Source: a virus | Virus record (IMG/VR): IMGVR_UViG_3300009421_000008 | Location: 1-44,283 of that record | Length of the DNA: 44,283 nucleotides | Strand: one strand, 5' to 3' | In this document: piece after piece, positions 8,596-18,259 of the stretch | Position numbering within the stretch: the stretch's first letter is position 1 | How the letters are laid out: each line of letters opens with the position of its first letter | The notes under the pieces: model-generated | Database searches by the model: none | What the model was told of the DNA's origin: nothing | The model's input: only the letters and a program-made list of their open reading frames with translations | Program-made: the position numbers and the translations under genes

Positions 8596-11500
8596 TATGT
8601 TATCTCAATTAAAATGGAACTGGATGAAATGTTGGAAGCCGCTGCAGCACCGCTTGCGTAAACAAATACTTCTAGCAACGTTTCGCCCGTCGCGTTAGCG
8701 ATAAGATCCTGAATATTTGTTTCAGATCCAGTTCGACGAGTATTGGCGATTGGTGCGCCGTCGTACAACGCGTCAAACCTTATCTTTTGCTCGTTGCTTC
8801 CGGCACCTAGTTTTACAGTCACGTTAATGGCGCCAATTGCAGCTGATGAAGTTGTTATTGACCCATTTATTGTGGTAGTCAAAGTAACGCGCTGCCCGAC
8901 CGTCAGATTTATCGTTTTTGACAACACCTTATTGACAAAATTAGCGTGAATAGTATCACTGCTATTTATTGGTATTATTTCCCGGTACGTTACAAGTGGC
9001 GGCCCGTCTTGCCATGCTGGCGCAAGCTTTTGAGTTTTATCAGCGATTGACAACATGGGCTGAGCGAAATCTATTTGCGAAAATCCTGCACCCGGCCCAC
9101 CAATTCCTCCTTTGACTAAAGAAACTAATGCGTCAAAAGTATTGGGAGGAGCCGTAAAAAATCCGTGCATAGTTCTTGGTGTGGACCCGTCTACAGGATC
9201 TGACAAATTGCCCAACAACTTGTCTGTTCTGAATATTTCCAGACGATTACCTTCTTTGTCAAACGGGTCTATTTGCATGTAACCAGTCGAATACCGATTG
9301 GCTGATTTGAATTGGACACAATATCTGACTCCCGGCTCCAACCTAACTTTTCTGTTGTGTATGAAAAAGGTTGCCTCATCAGTTGGCGTGTCTTGTCTTA
9401 GCGTCACAGGAGCCGGCAAAGATTCTGCGACTGGGTCGCCTTGGGGTCTGACCAGTTTATTGGCCGGCGAAGAACCGGCTGAAAAAATCCTCCATCCAAT
9501 AGCATTATCTGCGAAAGAAGCGTTTTGCAATCTGTTGCCCGTAAATAAATTCCCAGATTGGTTGCTTGGTATATCTGATGAGACACTGTGAGTTACGTCC
9601 ACTTGATCTGATTTTGTTCCAACGCCGCTGTAAGCTATTGCGTAGACATTAATAAGCTGTCCGGGAACAACGGGCCTGATCAAATATTCAACCGTGTCAG
9701 CAGATACTTTTTCTCGCCTGTACGTCGTCTCGGAAGAATACTTCCACCAAATCTCAATGTAACCACCGAGTAATATGGTTGACGACGTGATTGCATCCCA
9801 AGAGCATTCTACGTGAGCGGCAACTGTACCGTCGTCCAAAACAGTGTAACTAGAAGCATTGGAATTTACTTCGAACCTCGTTATAGCAGGCACGAATCTA
9901 GGATCGGGCAGCTTAGTATTGGGCGCAGGATCCGGTGTTTTCAAATCGTCGAAAAACTCGCTGTAAATCTCTGGCGCATCTTCTTGGGCATCGACGTATA
10001 CGGCCATTTCCTCGTAAGAGAATCTAACCGAATTTACACGGAACACTTTTTCGTCAAACCCAGCGTACGGCAACGTAAATCTAAAAGTGTCAAACGGCCG
10101 CAACCTCAACGCTTTGAGACCGAACGGAAAATTACCTCTGACAGCTTGCCTAGATTTAGCCACGTGCAGTTTTGCAAGGCGCTGAGCAACAAGAGCTGAT
10201 TTAACAAAAGGAAAATTAAGCGGTTTCCTAAACGTACGGCCGTTGTCTTCCGCAACGTAAGCAAGAGCCTTATACTCAGGATAGCTATTAGACCTAAACC
10301 CAATGAGTTCGTCTATGAAAGTTCCGCGAACGGTATTGACAAGATCTACGCGCTCCATCCTAGAGCTCATCGTAATAGAGCCTTCGGCGAGATCGTTTTG
10401 ATCTAGCGACATTTCGGGCGCCATGTACTGCGACGACTTCAGAGTCCATTTCCCACCCGACCAAATAAGCCCACCTAGATTACTAGTTAGCAGCTGTTCG
10501 AGCGACGCACTAGGGGCCTCATCAGCGTAAACCATACCGTTGATGGTGAATCTGTTTTGTCCGTTATTAACGCCGTTTTCTAAAATGGGTTGTTGACTCA
10601 AATTTGCTTCGGCTGAGAAGTTGATTTCATCGATGTCTGCGCGATTGACTGAGTACCCGTAATCATGCATTAAAAAATCTGAAATAACAAGGGCCGCGTT
10701 GTCAGTTGACACGTAATTACTGTTTCTGAAATCTAAGACGTATCTGCCTTTGAGTTTTGCGGCGATGCCGGGCAATCCTGTACTGCCGAAAATATCTTGG
10801 TCAAATTCTATTCGTATGTGTATCCGAGCAACCCCATAACCTTTTTGGCTAGAGGTCCAAACGCCTGGAAAATCTTGCTCAAGTGTTACGTCTCGAAGAT
10901 TGTCACCTTCTTCGCGGCCTGTGTATTTGAATATTCTTACAAGCGGTTTACCGTCGTCGTAAACGTAGGTAATGACTAGTTTTTTGCCTTTGGCCCTATC
11001 GTTGACGAATATGATGCCTCTATCTGTGTTGATATAATCTGTGTTTCTGATAAAATGTTCGACAACCGGTGTATCTGCTTCACCATGGACTACGTAAGAC
11101 GTACTAACAGACTCGACTCGCTGGTATCTAATGGGGTCTAGTAATTCAACCTCACCACCTCTGCCCGGGCCGGTCACTTCTATTGACTTGTGCTTAAGCT
11201 CTCGCTTCCAAAATCGAGATCCTTTTTGGACAAATCCAAATTCGTCCAAACCACCAATTGATTCGTTGTCGAACAAAACATCGTCGATGCTGGTGCAAGC
11301 GTCTGATAGCGTTATAACTAAATGCAGATATTTATTGAACTCACCAGATGGTCGTATAAAAGTCAAATTGCCGCCGGCCATGGCGGTGCCATATGGTATT
11401 CTTCTAGATGCTACTGACGACGTAGTGGTAATTTCTCTGTCTTGAAGGCTGCTGTTGTAGTTAGCCCTGGCAAGTCTAGATGCGCGCCGCGAGCTAGACA

Positions 11501-11651
11501 CTCCGTAAGCTGTTGCAGCAGCTGACGCGTAAGTAGCAAAAGCGGCCTGTCCTGTAAACGAAGACGCACTCAAACCGCCTGTAAGATAAGCAACATAGAG
11601 ACCAGCTGCAGCGGTCGCCAATCCTACGAACTCATCCTTAAATTTTCCCAC
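8595..11651 (-). CDS. Host-specificity / central tail fibre protein (lambda gpJ / RcGTA g15-like)
   Basis: 1018 aa, immediately downstream of the NlpC/P60-like gene. N-terminal RRIPYGTAMAGGNLTFI and central FDTFRFTLPYAGFDEKVFRVNSVRFS segments resemble gpJ-family proteins. Confidence 0.7.
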   Translation of the reverse strand: MGKFKDEFVGLATAAAGLYVAYLTGGLSASSFTGQAAFATYASAAATAYGVSSSRRASRLARANYNSSLQDREITTTSSVASRRIPYGTAMAGGNLTFIRPSGEFNKYLHLVITLSDACTSIDDVLFDNESIGGLDEFGFVQKGSRFWKRELKHKSIEVTGPGRGGEVELLDPIRYQRVESVSTSYVVHGEADTPVVEHFIRNTDYINTDRGIIFVNDRAKGKKLVITYVYDDGKPLVRIFKYTGREEGDNLRDVTLEQDFPGVWTSSQKGYGVARIHIRIEFDQDIFGSTGLPGIAAKLKGRYVLDFRNSNYVSTDNAALVISDFLMHDYGYSVNRADIDEINFSAEANLSQQPILENGVNNGQNRFTINGMVYADEAPSASLEQLLTSNLGGLIWSGGKWTLKSSQYMAPEMSLDQNDLAEGSITMSSRMERVDLVNTVRGTFIDELIGFRSNSYPEYKALAYVAEDNGRTFRKPLNFPFVKSALVAQRLAKLHVAKSRQAVRGNFPFGLKALRLRPFDTFRFTLPYAGFDEKVFRVNSVRFSYEEMAVYVDAQEDAPEIYSEFFDDLKTPDPAPNTKLPDPRFVPAITRFEVNSNASSYTVLDDGTVAAHVECSWDAITSSTILLGGYIEIWWKYSSETTYRREKVSADTVEYLIRPVVPGQLINVYAIAYSGVGTKSDQVDVTHSVSSDIPSNQSGNLFTGNRLQNASFADNAIGWRIFSAGSSPANKLVRPQGDPVAESLPAPVTLRQDTPTDEATFFIHNRKVRLEPGVRYCVQFKSANRYSTGYMQIDPFDKEGNRLEIFRTDKLLGNLSDPVDGSTPRTMHGFFTAPPNTFDALVSLVKGGIGGPGAGFSQIDFAQPMLSIADKTQKLAPAWQDGPPLVTYREIIPINSSDTIHANFVNKVLSKTINLTVGQRVTLTTTINGSITTSSAAIGAINVTVKLGAGSNEQKIRFDALYDGAPIANTRRTGSETNIQDLIANATGETLLEVFVYASGAAAASNISSSSILIEIT

Positions 11652-12056
11652 TCAAACTCTCCAAGCTTTGGTAGCACGCGCTCTAGAAATAAAGACCAGG
11701 CCAGTTTCACCTGGGCCCGCAATTCTTGTTCCTAAGAAGACCCCCAAGGAATTTCGCCCGTCTATCTCAAGCATTGCTATGTCGCCCGTTCCTGCGTACG
11801 CGGGGTCTATTTCTTCTGCCCATTGCATAACTACCGTAATGTCATTGTCAACTTCTGCCAACCGCTGCGCCGCTTCTTTAGTGTTGGACCACGGCTCAAC
11901 TCCGATGTCTTGGTTAACACCCGTTATTGCTTTAGCGCTGCCAATGGCGAATAAAACACAGTCTTGCTTGCCGTACGCAAATGGAATGCTGCTACACTTA
12001 GCTAGATAACTGTCAAGCAGCTTAGGCCAATTAGAAAATCTCACTACTTCCTCCAA
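11652..12056 (-). CDS. Phage NlpC/P60-like tail peptidase (RcGTA g14-like)
   Basis: About 130 aa with a GKQDCVLFA Cys motif, in the position between the g13-like and J-like genes. The likely true start is GTG at 12044 (GGAGG N5 GTG, overlapping the upstream stop) rather than TTG at 12056. Confidence 0.55.
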   Translation of the reverse strand: MEEVVRFSNWPKLLDSYLAKCSSIPFAYGKQDCVLFAIGSAKAITGVNQDIGVEPWSNTKEAAQRLAEVDNDITVVMQWAEEIDPAYAGTGDIAMLEIDGRNSLGVFLGTRIAGPGETGLVFISRARATKAWRV

Positions 12057-12628
12057 AAATCAGCGGTTGGCCACTTTGTGGTTGTTACTTGATCAGCAGA
12101 CTGCGGCCCGTGTTTGAAGAAATCATCTCCCGGATATTTGTCTTGCTGGTCGGCATCATTGTAGACTGATCCATCTGGTGTAGACCACCTTGCAGCGTGC
12201 GACTCGGATGCCAATGAAACAACGGCTTGGTTGTCAGACACTTGGATTTTAGCAGTATCACAAAACCCTCTGTAAAGTTCCATGGGAGTATCGATGATCT
12301 GACCACTTTCGTCAAACAATCCAAAATAAATTGTAAGCGGCCTATCCTGTAAATTTTCGCGGAGCACAAAAGAGACCGTGGCCTCGTCCATACCGGACAA
12401 GATAACCTCAGCTCCTTCGGGGGCCAAATCATTGGTCTCTTGCAAATCATTGAGGGCAAGCAGATTACCCGCTCCTCTCCAATTAACGCCGCGAAACTCT
12501 CTGTCGGCGCCCAATGTGGTGTATCTTAGGGCAAGATCGTTATCAAGGAGAACTTCCACGGCCACAAAGGCATATAAGGTCTTGTCAGTTTCAAACGAAT
12601 CCACAATATTTTGAAGCGCGTCAAGCAT
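12044..12628 (-). CDS. Minor tail protein (RcGTA g13 / DUF2163-like position)
   Basis: Preferred start is ATG at 12628 (GGAG N7 ATG; ATGCTTGA overlap with the upstream stop). The track's TTG at 12661 is an alternative. The call rests mainly on synteny with GTA-type tail modules. Confidence 0.5.
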   Translation of the reverse strand: MLDALQNIVDSFETDKTLYAFVAVEVLLDNDLALRYTTLGADREFRGVNWRGAGNLLALNDLQETNDLAPEGAEVILSGMDEATVSFVLRENLQDRPLTIYFGLFDESGQIIDTPMELYRGFCDTAKIQVSDNQAVVSLASESHAARWSTPDGSVYNDADQQDKYPGDDFFKHGPQSADQVTTTKWPTADFWRK

Positions 12629-13235
12629 TAAATATCTCCACCCATCTAACGGCAAATTCAAGGCCTGAACGCCGATTAGATGGGATCATAACCAATGGTT
12701 CTGCGGATACAAAACGGGCCGTAGGACGACTTGAAATGATAGGGCTAGCGGTAAACGACTCCCTTACTTTCGGCGCGACTCGGGCGAATCCTGACCCATC
12801 TGACTGCAAATTAGCGGCCTCTTTAACCATGAAGAGGTGCTCTCCGGCAGAAAACATGTCTCCTTTGAGCAAAGTGGAGAACGGCGGGCCGTTTGTGATA
12901 TACAACTGGTCCGAATCGTTTGTGGTTTGCGCTCTAGCAAGAGAGTTGGTTAAAGCCACAAAAGTTCCGCGCGGATTTTCACGGTTGGGGTGCCACATCA
13001 TAACGTCGTTTGCCTGGCCCTCGACCTCAGCAAAAAAGGCTTCTCGCTCAGCAAGATCTGGGAGGCTGCACGCGTTGTACTGCATATCGCAAACCCACCG
13101 GCTACCGGGCAGAACCACTCGCCTGAATTCAGCTCCCAACGACGCTTGTATATTCACAAGCACGTTGGATCTAAGACCGAAGCTAATTTCTTCCGGCCAC
13201 AACGCCCGGGTTGTAGGGTAGAGTATTTGGCTCAT
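12621..13235 (-). CDS. Distal tail / minor tail protein (RcGTA g12-like position)
   Basis: 204 aa. ATGA overlap with the tape-measure stop. The call rests on position directly after the tape measure. Confidence 0.5.
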   Translation of the reverse strand: MSQILYPTTRALWPEEISFGLRSNVLVNIQASLGAEFRRVVLPGSRWVCDMQYNACSLPDLAEREAFFAEVEGQANDVMMWHPNRENPRGTFVALTNSLARAQTTNDSDQLYITNGPPFSTLLKGDMFSAGEHLFMVKEAANLQSDGSGFARVAPKVRESFTASPIISSRPTARFVSAEPLVMIPSNRRSGLEFAVRWVEIFNA

Positions 13236-15157
13236 GCTAGTACCTTGCCTCGTTTTTCAGCGTCTTGCAAGCCCTGAACTGTGGCCCGAGATGATCTCTT
13301 CACTGCGGCATTAACCTCTTGTATAGTCACCCCGTTACCTGTTACTTTGAGGTCGTTGTTGATCGTAACACCTGCACCAGAACCGGTCGCTTGAGCAGAC
13401 AAAGACGCTTTAGAAGATGGCGTGAACGTGTTGTTTCTATTTTCTACGGGCGCAGGAGGTTGCTGCGGTGTGCCCGTACTACCACCAATTCCAGCAGCTT
13501 GGGCTAACGGCGCAAACAAATTTTGGCGAAGAAACAATTTGGCGTAATCTTGGAAAAGAGCTTTGATTACGTCACTTAGTTTTTCTGCCTCAAAAATTGC
13601 GTCTTCAGCGCCCGACTGAAATGAGGCCCAAAAATCAGCAGAAAGTTCTTTGGTCTTATCGAGGCTTTCACCGAATTTACTGACGGCTTTATCCCCGGTT
13701 GAAAATGAATTAATAGCCCTCTGAACCATATCATCTGAAATTGCGCCGCCGGCACGCTTCGCGATGTCTTCGATCTCTTGTATTTGTCTTGCAATACTCG
13801 CAAAAGGATCCGCCAAATCTTTGACTTTCTGGATATCCGCTTGCAATTGGTCAGAGGCCTTTTTAGTAGAGCTAGCTATCAACTCGTCTAATTGGCGCTG
13901 CGCTTCTTTTTCAGTATTGAGCTTTTTCTGTAAATCTATTCTAGTTGCAAGGTTGATAGCTTCTTTGGCTTCACTCTCAGAAACGCTGGAAGATTTTCTA
14001 GAAAGCTCCAAACCTATTTTTTGAACCTCGTTGAGGTTTTGAGTAGCCTCCAGTCGCCTGCTCAATTGGGCGATAAGCTTTTCACCGTCACTAAGTTTTT
14101 TGGCGTTTGCGGCTTGTTCCGCGGAATCTTCACCGGCTGGGTTGAACCCTTGTGGTCTTTGCTTGCGCTGCGGAAACGATTCGTTAACAGTCCCTTTCAG
14201 CGCTTGTACGCGATCATTGATAGCTTCGTTCTGGGCCTGCAAAATAGCAAGCTCATCTTTCAGTCTACGTATGCGCTGTGGGCTGGTCTCACCATCTAAC
14301 TTAGCCTGAACATCTGCGATCTCTTGGAGCTTTTCAATGCCGGCTTGCGCCGCCCTCTCAAGCTCATTAGAACTAAATACGGCCTCGATCGTTTCAATGA
14401 AGCTTTTCCCGGATTTTCTAGTGGCGATGAACGCGTCACTCAGATCGGCTAGAGTGTTGATAAGCGGGCCGGCGAGGTAGACTTGAAGCGCACCGGCAGC
14501 TTTGCCGATTCTGTTCATGTTATCATTAAGCCGCTCAGCAGCTTGCGCTGCATCTGTGCCAATGATTAAACCTAGCGCTTCGGCCTCTTCCGTCATTTCG
14601 CGGATTCCGGCAGCGCCTGAATTCAAAAGCGGAACTAAATCTGCACCTGCCCGCCCAAACAGCTGCATAGCGATGGCGGTTTTCCTGGCGCCGTCTGGAA
14701 GATCTTTGAACCGGTCGGCAAGAACCTTCATTAGGTCAGATGCGTTATCGAATTTCGATACGTCGATGTTAAGTTTGCCGAAGGCTATGACGGCTTCACC
14801 GGTGCCGTCCTTAGCCTCTTCAAGCCTACGTCCTAAGTTTGCCAGGCCTTTGTCAAGAGTGCCTACACCCACGCCTGCAAAATCCGCGGCGTACCTAAGT
14901 CCAGAAAGCTGCTCTACCGTAACGCCTACGCCCTGCGCTTTTTTCGCCAGATCGTCAAATTGCGCCGCAACGTTGGTTAACGAGCGGGTAAGGGCCCCGA
15001 ATACAGCGGCGCCGCCTATAAGAGTTAGCGCACTTCCAAGACCTTTGAGTGCTTTAGAAACTCCACCAACCATTCTAGACGTGTCAGATTCAATTTTTTT
15101 AAGTGAATCACTGAATTCGGCGAACCTGGCTTTGATATCAATTCTAAGTTCTGGCAT
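13232..15157 (-). CDS. Tail tape measure protein
   Basis: 641 aa, Ala/Leu/Gln-rich and coiled-coil-like. It directly follows the frameshifted chaperone pair. Confidence 0.85.
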   Translation of the reverse strand: MPELRIDIKARFAEFSDSLKKIESDTSRMVGGVSKALKGLGSALTLIGGAAVFGALTRSLTNVAAQFDDLAKKAQGVGVTVEQLSGLRYAADFAGVGVGTLDKGLANLGRRLEEAKDGTGEAVIAFGKLNIDVSKFDNASDLMKVLADRFKDLPDGARKTAIAMQLFGRAGADLVPLLNSGAAGIREMTEEAEALGLIIGTDAAQAAERLNDNMNRIGKAAGALQVYLAGPLINTLADLSDAFIATRKSGKSFIETIEAVFSSNELERAAQAGIEKLQEIADVQAKLDGETSPQRIRRLKDELAILQAQNEAINDRVQALKGTVNESFPQRKQRPQGFNPAGEDSAEQAANAKKLSDGEKLIAQLSRRLEATQNLNEVQKIGLELSRKSSSVSESEAKEAINLATRIDLQKKLNTEKEAQRQLDELIASSTKKASDQLQADIQKVKDLADPFASIARQIQEIEDIAKRAGGAISDDMVQRAINSFSTGDKAVSKFGESLDKTKELSADFWASFQSGAEDAIFEAEKLSDVIKALFQDYAKLFLRQNLFAPLAQAAGIGGSTGTPQQPPAPVENRNNTFTPSSKASLSAQATGSGAGVTINNDLKVTGNGVTIQEVNAAVKRSSRATVQGLQDAEKRGKVLA

Positions 15158-15820
15158 TCTTAATCACCTTTCCAAAAAACTCGGCCGGGTCCACTGAATC
15201 TTCTTCGTCTACTTCCACGCTGTCAAATGGAGAGTAATCTTTCCAACCTAGGTTTTCACTAGACGTAGAAATTTTACCTGCCATGTTGTGTATCGTAGCT
15301 GCGATGTTAGCCAAATTGACATCGCTTCTTCGATCGCCCCACGGGTTTCTAGCATACTCGAGCATCCACATAACATACTCATCGGCGCTGATCGATTCCA
15401 AAAGTTCATCAACGCTGCGCCCAAGAGTCCTTGCGAGCATCATTGCGAATTGCCAATCAGCGCTATCTACTTTTTTTGAGCTCTGGTTGCACTCCCTGTA
15501 GCATCCATGGCTTTGCCAGCAAGTTCCAAAAACCGGTCGTGTGGAACGTGCTCGTTTGTTGACCATTCTCGCCAGTCTAAAGCCGACATAAGTTCTTCGC
15601 CGTCTTCATCTAGAACTGTCACCGCCAACGTATGAAAAATAGGGTCTATCTCTTGATCTTTCTTCGACCTAGAGGAAAGATTAAAGCGTTGGCCGGCATC
15701 CAGAGACTTGACGAAGACAATGCATTCTTCTTCGGAATTCTCTGGAACCAGACCAGGTACTACAACTTCTATAACCCGCCTTTTGAACGCAGCGGTTTCT
15801 CCCCGTTTTATTTTTCTCAT
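15144..15820 (-). CDS. Tail assembly chaperone -1 frameshift fusion (gpGT-like, about 225 aa)
   Basis: Slipping at A_AAA_AAG moves translation into the 15144..15566 frame, giving ...AQKK|VDSADWQFAMMLARTLG..., which matches the track translation of that ORF. Confidence 0.75.
15467..15820 (-). CDS. Tail assembly chaperone (gpG-like, zero-frame product)
   Basis: 117 aa between the major tail protein and the tape measure. It ends ...AQKK-TAG immediately after a slippery heptamer. Confidence 0.8.
   Translation of the reverse strand: MRKIKRGETAAFKRRVIEVVVPGLVPENSEEECIVFVKSLDAGQRFNLSSRSKKDQEIDPIFHTLAVTVLDEDGEELMSALDWREWSTNEHVPHDRFLELAGKAMDATGSATRAQKK
15470..15476 (-). promoter_or_regulatory. Programmed -1 ribosomal frameshift slippery heptamer A_AAA_AAG
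   Basis: The minus strand reads GCT CAA AAA AAG TAG. The heptamer is in the correct X_XXY_YYZ phase, one codon before the zero-frame stop. Confidence 0.75.
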
Positions 15821-15823
15821 GGG

Positions 15824-16468
15824 TTAGTTCTCGTAGAAAGTCGGATTTCCAAACATGGTGATCGTAGCGCTAGATACGACTTTATCCCCGGCTTGTCCAG
15901 TTGGGAGCCCCGGCGCTGATGCATACCCAGTAAACACCACCCGTGTCCCGTTACGAAACTGGAACATCATACCGGCTAGCTGCTGGGTGTCGGACAACTT
16001 CTTCAGCGCCTTTGTACCGGCGTCCGTTGGGTCCCACAGGTTTTCGAAAGTGTAGCTGATGGCAGATGGGTTGCCCGGAATTTGCTTCTCTTGATCGTCG
16101 TGAATTGTGGTCACGTCAATAAAGTTGGGCTCACCGCCCGACGCGTTCAGACTTGTAGCAGTAGTCAAATCGGTATCAAGATCGACCTTGAAAACATTGC
16201 CACTTTGGAATGTTCCGTATGAAGCCGAATCTTCTCCTTCGAATGTAACATCATCACCAGCAACCGCGCTAATTCTAACGAGGCGGCCGTTGAGCTCATT
16301 CATGCCGAGACTTTCAATTCGGACATAATCGTTGACGGCCAGCCCATGACCAGTTTCCACAGTGGCAACTGCAGGATCTGCCTTGGTGACTGCTGAAATT
16401 GCAATGGCGGCCCCAACGGCCGATTGGATTTTTACGGCGACTTTCGTCCAGGTTGTGACCTTTGCCAT
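15824..16468 (-). CDS. Major tail (tube) protein
   Basis: 214 aa, positioned between the tail-completion proteins and the chaperones, with a strong-looking AGGAG-type leader. Confidence 0.75.
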   Translation of the reverse strand: MAKVTTWTKVAVKIQSAVGAAIAISAVTKADPAVATVETGHGLAVNDYVRIESLGMNELNGRLVRISAVAGDDVTFEGEDSASYGTFQSGNVFKVDLDTDLTTATSLNASGGEPNFIDVTTIHDDQEKQIPGNPSAISYTFENLWDPTDAGTKALKKLSDTQQLAGMMFQFRNGTRVVFTGYASAPGLPTGQAGDKVVSSATITMFGNPTFYEN

Positions 16469-16480
16469 GACTCTAAACTC

Positions 16481-16852
16481 CTAGTTAAATGAATGCCAAT
16501 ATTCCAGTCCTAGAATTGACAACTCTACGTCTTCGTCTAAGTCTGTAATTTTTTCGCTAGTTTGTGAAACAATCTGAAAATCAGAACTACCCAGCTCGTT
16601 GTAAACAACCCCTGCCAATTCTTCTGCCTCTGATCTTTTGTCAGCGAAGCAATGGATTTCAAAATAAACTTTCTCAGCTACAGGGGCCGATGTATGTATG
16701 GTTCTAACAAATTCTGTTGAAATTCTAGCGTACACAATGCATGGAAGCGTGGCCTTTTTTGGCGACGCGTCTGGCCAAACTCTATTGGCCACAATCCCAG
16801 AAATGCCGGTATTGGTTACCAATTGTGAATGTAGAATTTCTTCAGAAGTCAT
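16481..16852 (-). CDS. Tail completion / tail terminator-like protein (DUF3168-like)
   Basis: 123 aa. Motif VWPDASPKKATLPCIVY, and position upstream of the major tail protein. Confidence 0.55.
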   Translation of the reverse strand: MTSEEILHSQLVTNTGISGIVANRVWPDASPKKATLPCIVYARISTEFVRTIHTSAPVAEKVYFEIHCFADKRSEAEELAGVVYNELGSSDFQIVSQTSEKITDLDEDVELSILGLEYWHSFN

Positions 16853-17376
16853 CTTATTCTGCTCGATGCTAGAGCAAGCTCGCTTGAAAGCTTGTCATTA
16901 AAGGCGGACAGCGCACGCCCACGTGAGGCAGCAAAAGCTCGGCTCAGGAATTTATTTGGCGGCACTTCTCTTGCGCCCGATCTTCTCAATCTAGACCTTT
17001 GTAGCTCTCTTGATCTGCGACCGCCTTGCAATTTTTGGCCGGGGCCCCTGACAATGTGACCACGAATAACAAACCGCGCGTAATAAGCGTCGTTATTTTT
17101 GCCGCGTTTACCGACTGATCTGTACCTAGCGCCCGATTTTATTTTGACTGACGCGGCTTTTTCCGTGCCTACCGCGTTTCTGACGCGGACCGATTTAACA
17201 TATATGCCTCGTCTCAATCTACCAGAATCGACTGGAGCGGCCGCTCGCGCGGCGTCACGAAAAACTCTTGCACCGGCTGCTACTGCTCTAGCAACTACAC
17301 GTCTGCGCGTTACCGTATCTAATCTCCGCAACTGTCTTCGGAAATCAGGTATATTGGTTCTTATCGTGGCAGTCAT
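16849..17376 (-). CDS. HK97 gp10-family head-tail joining protein
   Basis: 175 aa. The AVAAGARVFRDAARAAAPVDSGRLRRGIY pattern is typical of the HK97 gp10 family. Overlapping start and stop codons on both sides. Confidence 0.65.
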   Translation of the reverse strand: MTATIRTNIPDFRRQLRRLDTVTRRRVVARAVAAGARVFRDAARAAAPVDSGRLRRGIYVKSVRVRNAVGTEKAASVKIKSGARYRSVGKRGKNNDAYYARFVIRGHIVRGPGQKLQGGRRSRELQRSRLRRSGAREVPPNKFLSRAFAASRGRALSAFNDKLSSELALASSRIR

Positions 17377-17696
17377 GACGCGTCCGCAAAACCTAGTATC
17401 ACCAGCTCTGTTCTTCCGGCGTCAGTATCGATAACTTCAGAAATGTTATAGTCCTTGCCACCGTATTCGATCACCATGTCTGGCACAATGTTTTTAATAT
17501 GGCGCATCTTAAACTCAGTCGTTGCCATAGCTTTATCTTGCCTAAATCTTTCTTGCTCAGTCCCGGACAGCGGCGACACGCGGGCCCAGGTTCTGATATG
17601 CGTAGACCAAACGTACTGCTCCGACCCGTAAGAATCTTTTCCAGTAGAGGTTCTTTTCTTGATGCTGATTCTCTGCATCAGAGGTCCGGATCTCAT
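17373..17696 (-). CDS. Head closure / head-tail adaptor (SPP1 gp16-like family)
   Basis: 107 aa. MRSGPLMQRISIKKRT...WARVSPLSGTEQ matches the usual head-tail adaptor pattern. Confidence 0.65.
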   Translation of the reverse strand: MRSGPLMQRISIKKRTSTGKDSYGSEQYVWSTHIRTWARVSPLSGTEQERFRQDKAMATTEFKMRHIKNIVPDMVIEYGGKDYNISEVIDTDAGRTELVILGFADAS

Positions 17697-18247
17697 AGCG
17701 TAAACCTTCTAGTGCTATCAAGGAGGCCATCAGCAAATGGAACCGGATCAGAAGACAAGTTGTTATCAGTCTCACGGTTGATGTACAGGGCCGCGGCTCT
17801 CATAAGTACCCAGCTATCCATATCTTCTGGTGGAGTTGAATAGCCGGCAGTAAACGTAATGACGACAGGATCTGCCGCGTCTTTCGCAAGCTCTGGAAGC
17901 TCAAAACCAGATCTGAGAACTAGGTTGGCACCATACGACTTCTTGATAAACACAAACGCAGCGCTATCCAGCGCGGAAGTTGTCAGCACAGAACCAACAA
18001 GATGCTTGTACTCAATACTAACCAAAGAAACAAACGGCGCGGCCGCAATTACGATTGGATCAGACCAAGCTTGAAGTTCTTTGGTCAGATTCTTCTGTGA
18101 AAAAATTCTGCTCGTGTCGTGCTCGCATTGCCGGATTGCCGCAGCCAAATAGCGGTTGAGTTCATTGTCAAGATCGGCTTGGATAGAAGCATCCGCCGGA
18201 TCGTCAACGAGTTTCAGTTGGTACTTAAGCTGCGACAATGTTGCCAT
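17693..18247 (-). CDS. gp6-like head-tail connector protein
   Basis: 184 aa. The N-terminal LSQLKYQLKL...AAIRQCEHDTSRIF helix pattern and synteny after the capsid genes support the call. Confidence 0.6.
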   Translation of the reverse strand: MATLSQLKYQLKLVDDPADASIQADLDNELNRYLAAAIRQCEHDTSRIFSQKNLTKELQAWSDPIVIAAAPFVSLVSIEYKHLVGSVLTTSALDSAAFVFIKKSYGANLVLRSGFELPELAKDAADPVVITFTAGYSTPPEDMDSWVLMRAAALYINRETDNNLSSDPVPFADGLLDSTRRFTL

Positions 18248-18259
18248 GTTTAATCCTTA

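Noticed and set aside
12514-13277. Plus-strand ORFs 12514..13221 (235 aa) and 12990..13277, antisense to the distal tail genes
   Set aside because: The minus-strand genes have ATGA/TAATG coupling and fit conserved tail-module synteny. The plus-strand translations have no motif or start signal.
14502-15197. 231-aa plus-strand ORF antisense to the tape measure gene
   Set aside because: Its Ala/Ser/Pro-rich translation is typical of the reverse frame of an Ala/Leu-rich coiled-coil gene. It is opposite to a gap-free operon and has no start context.
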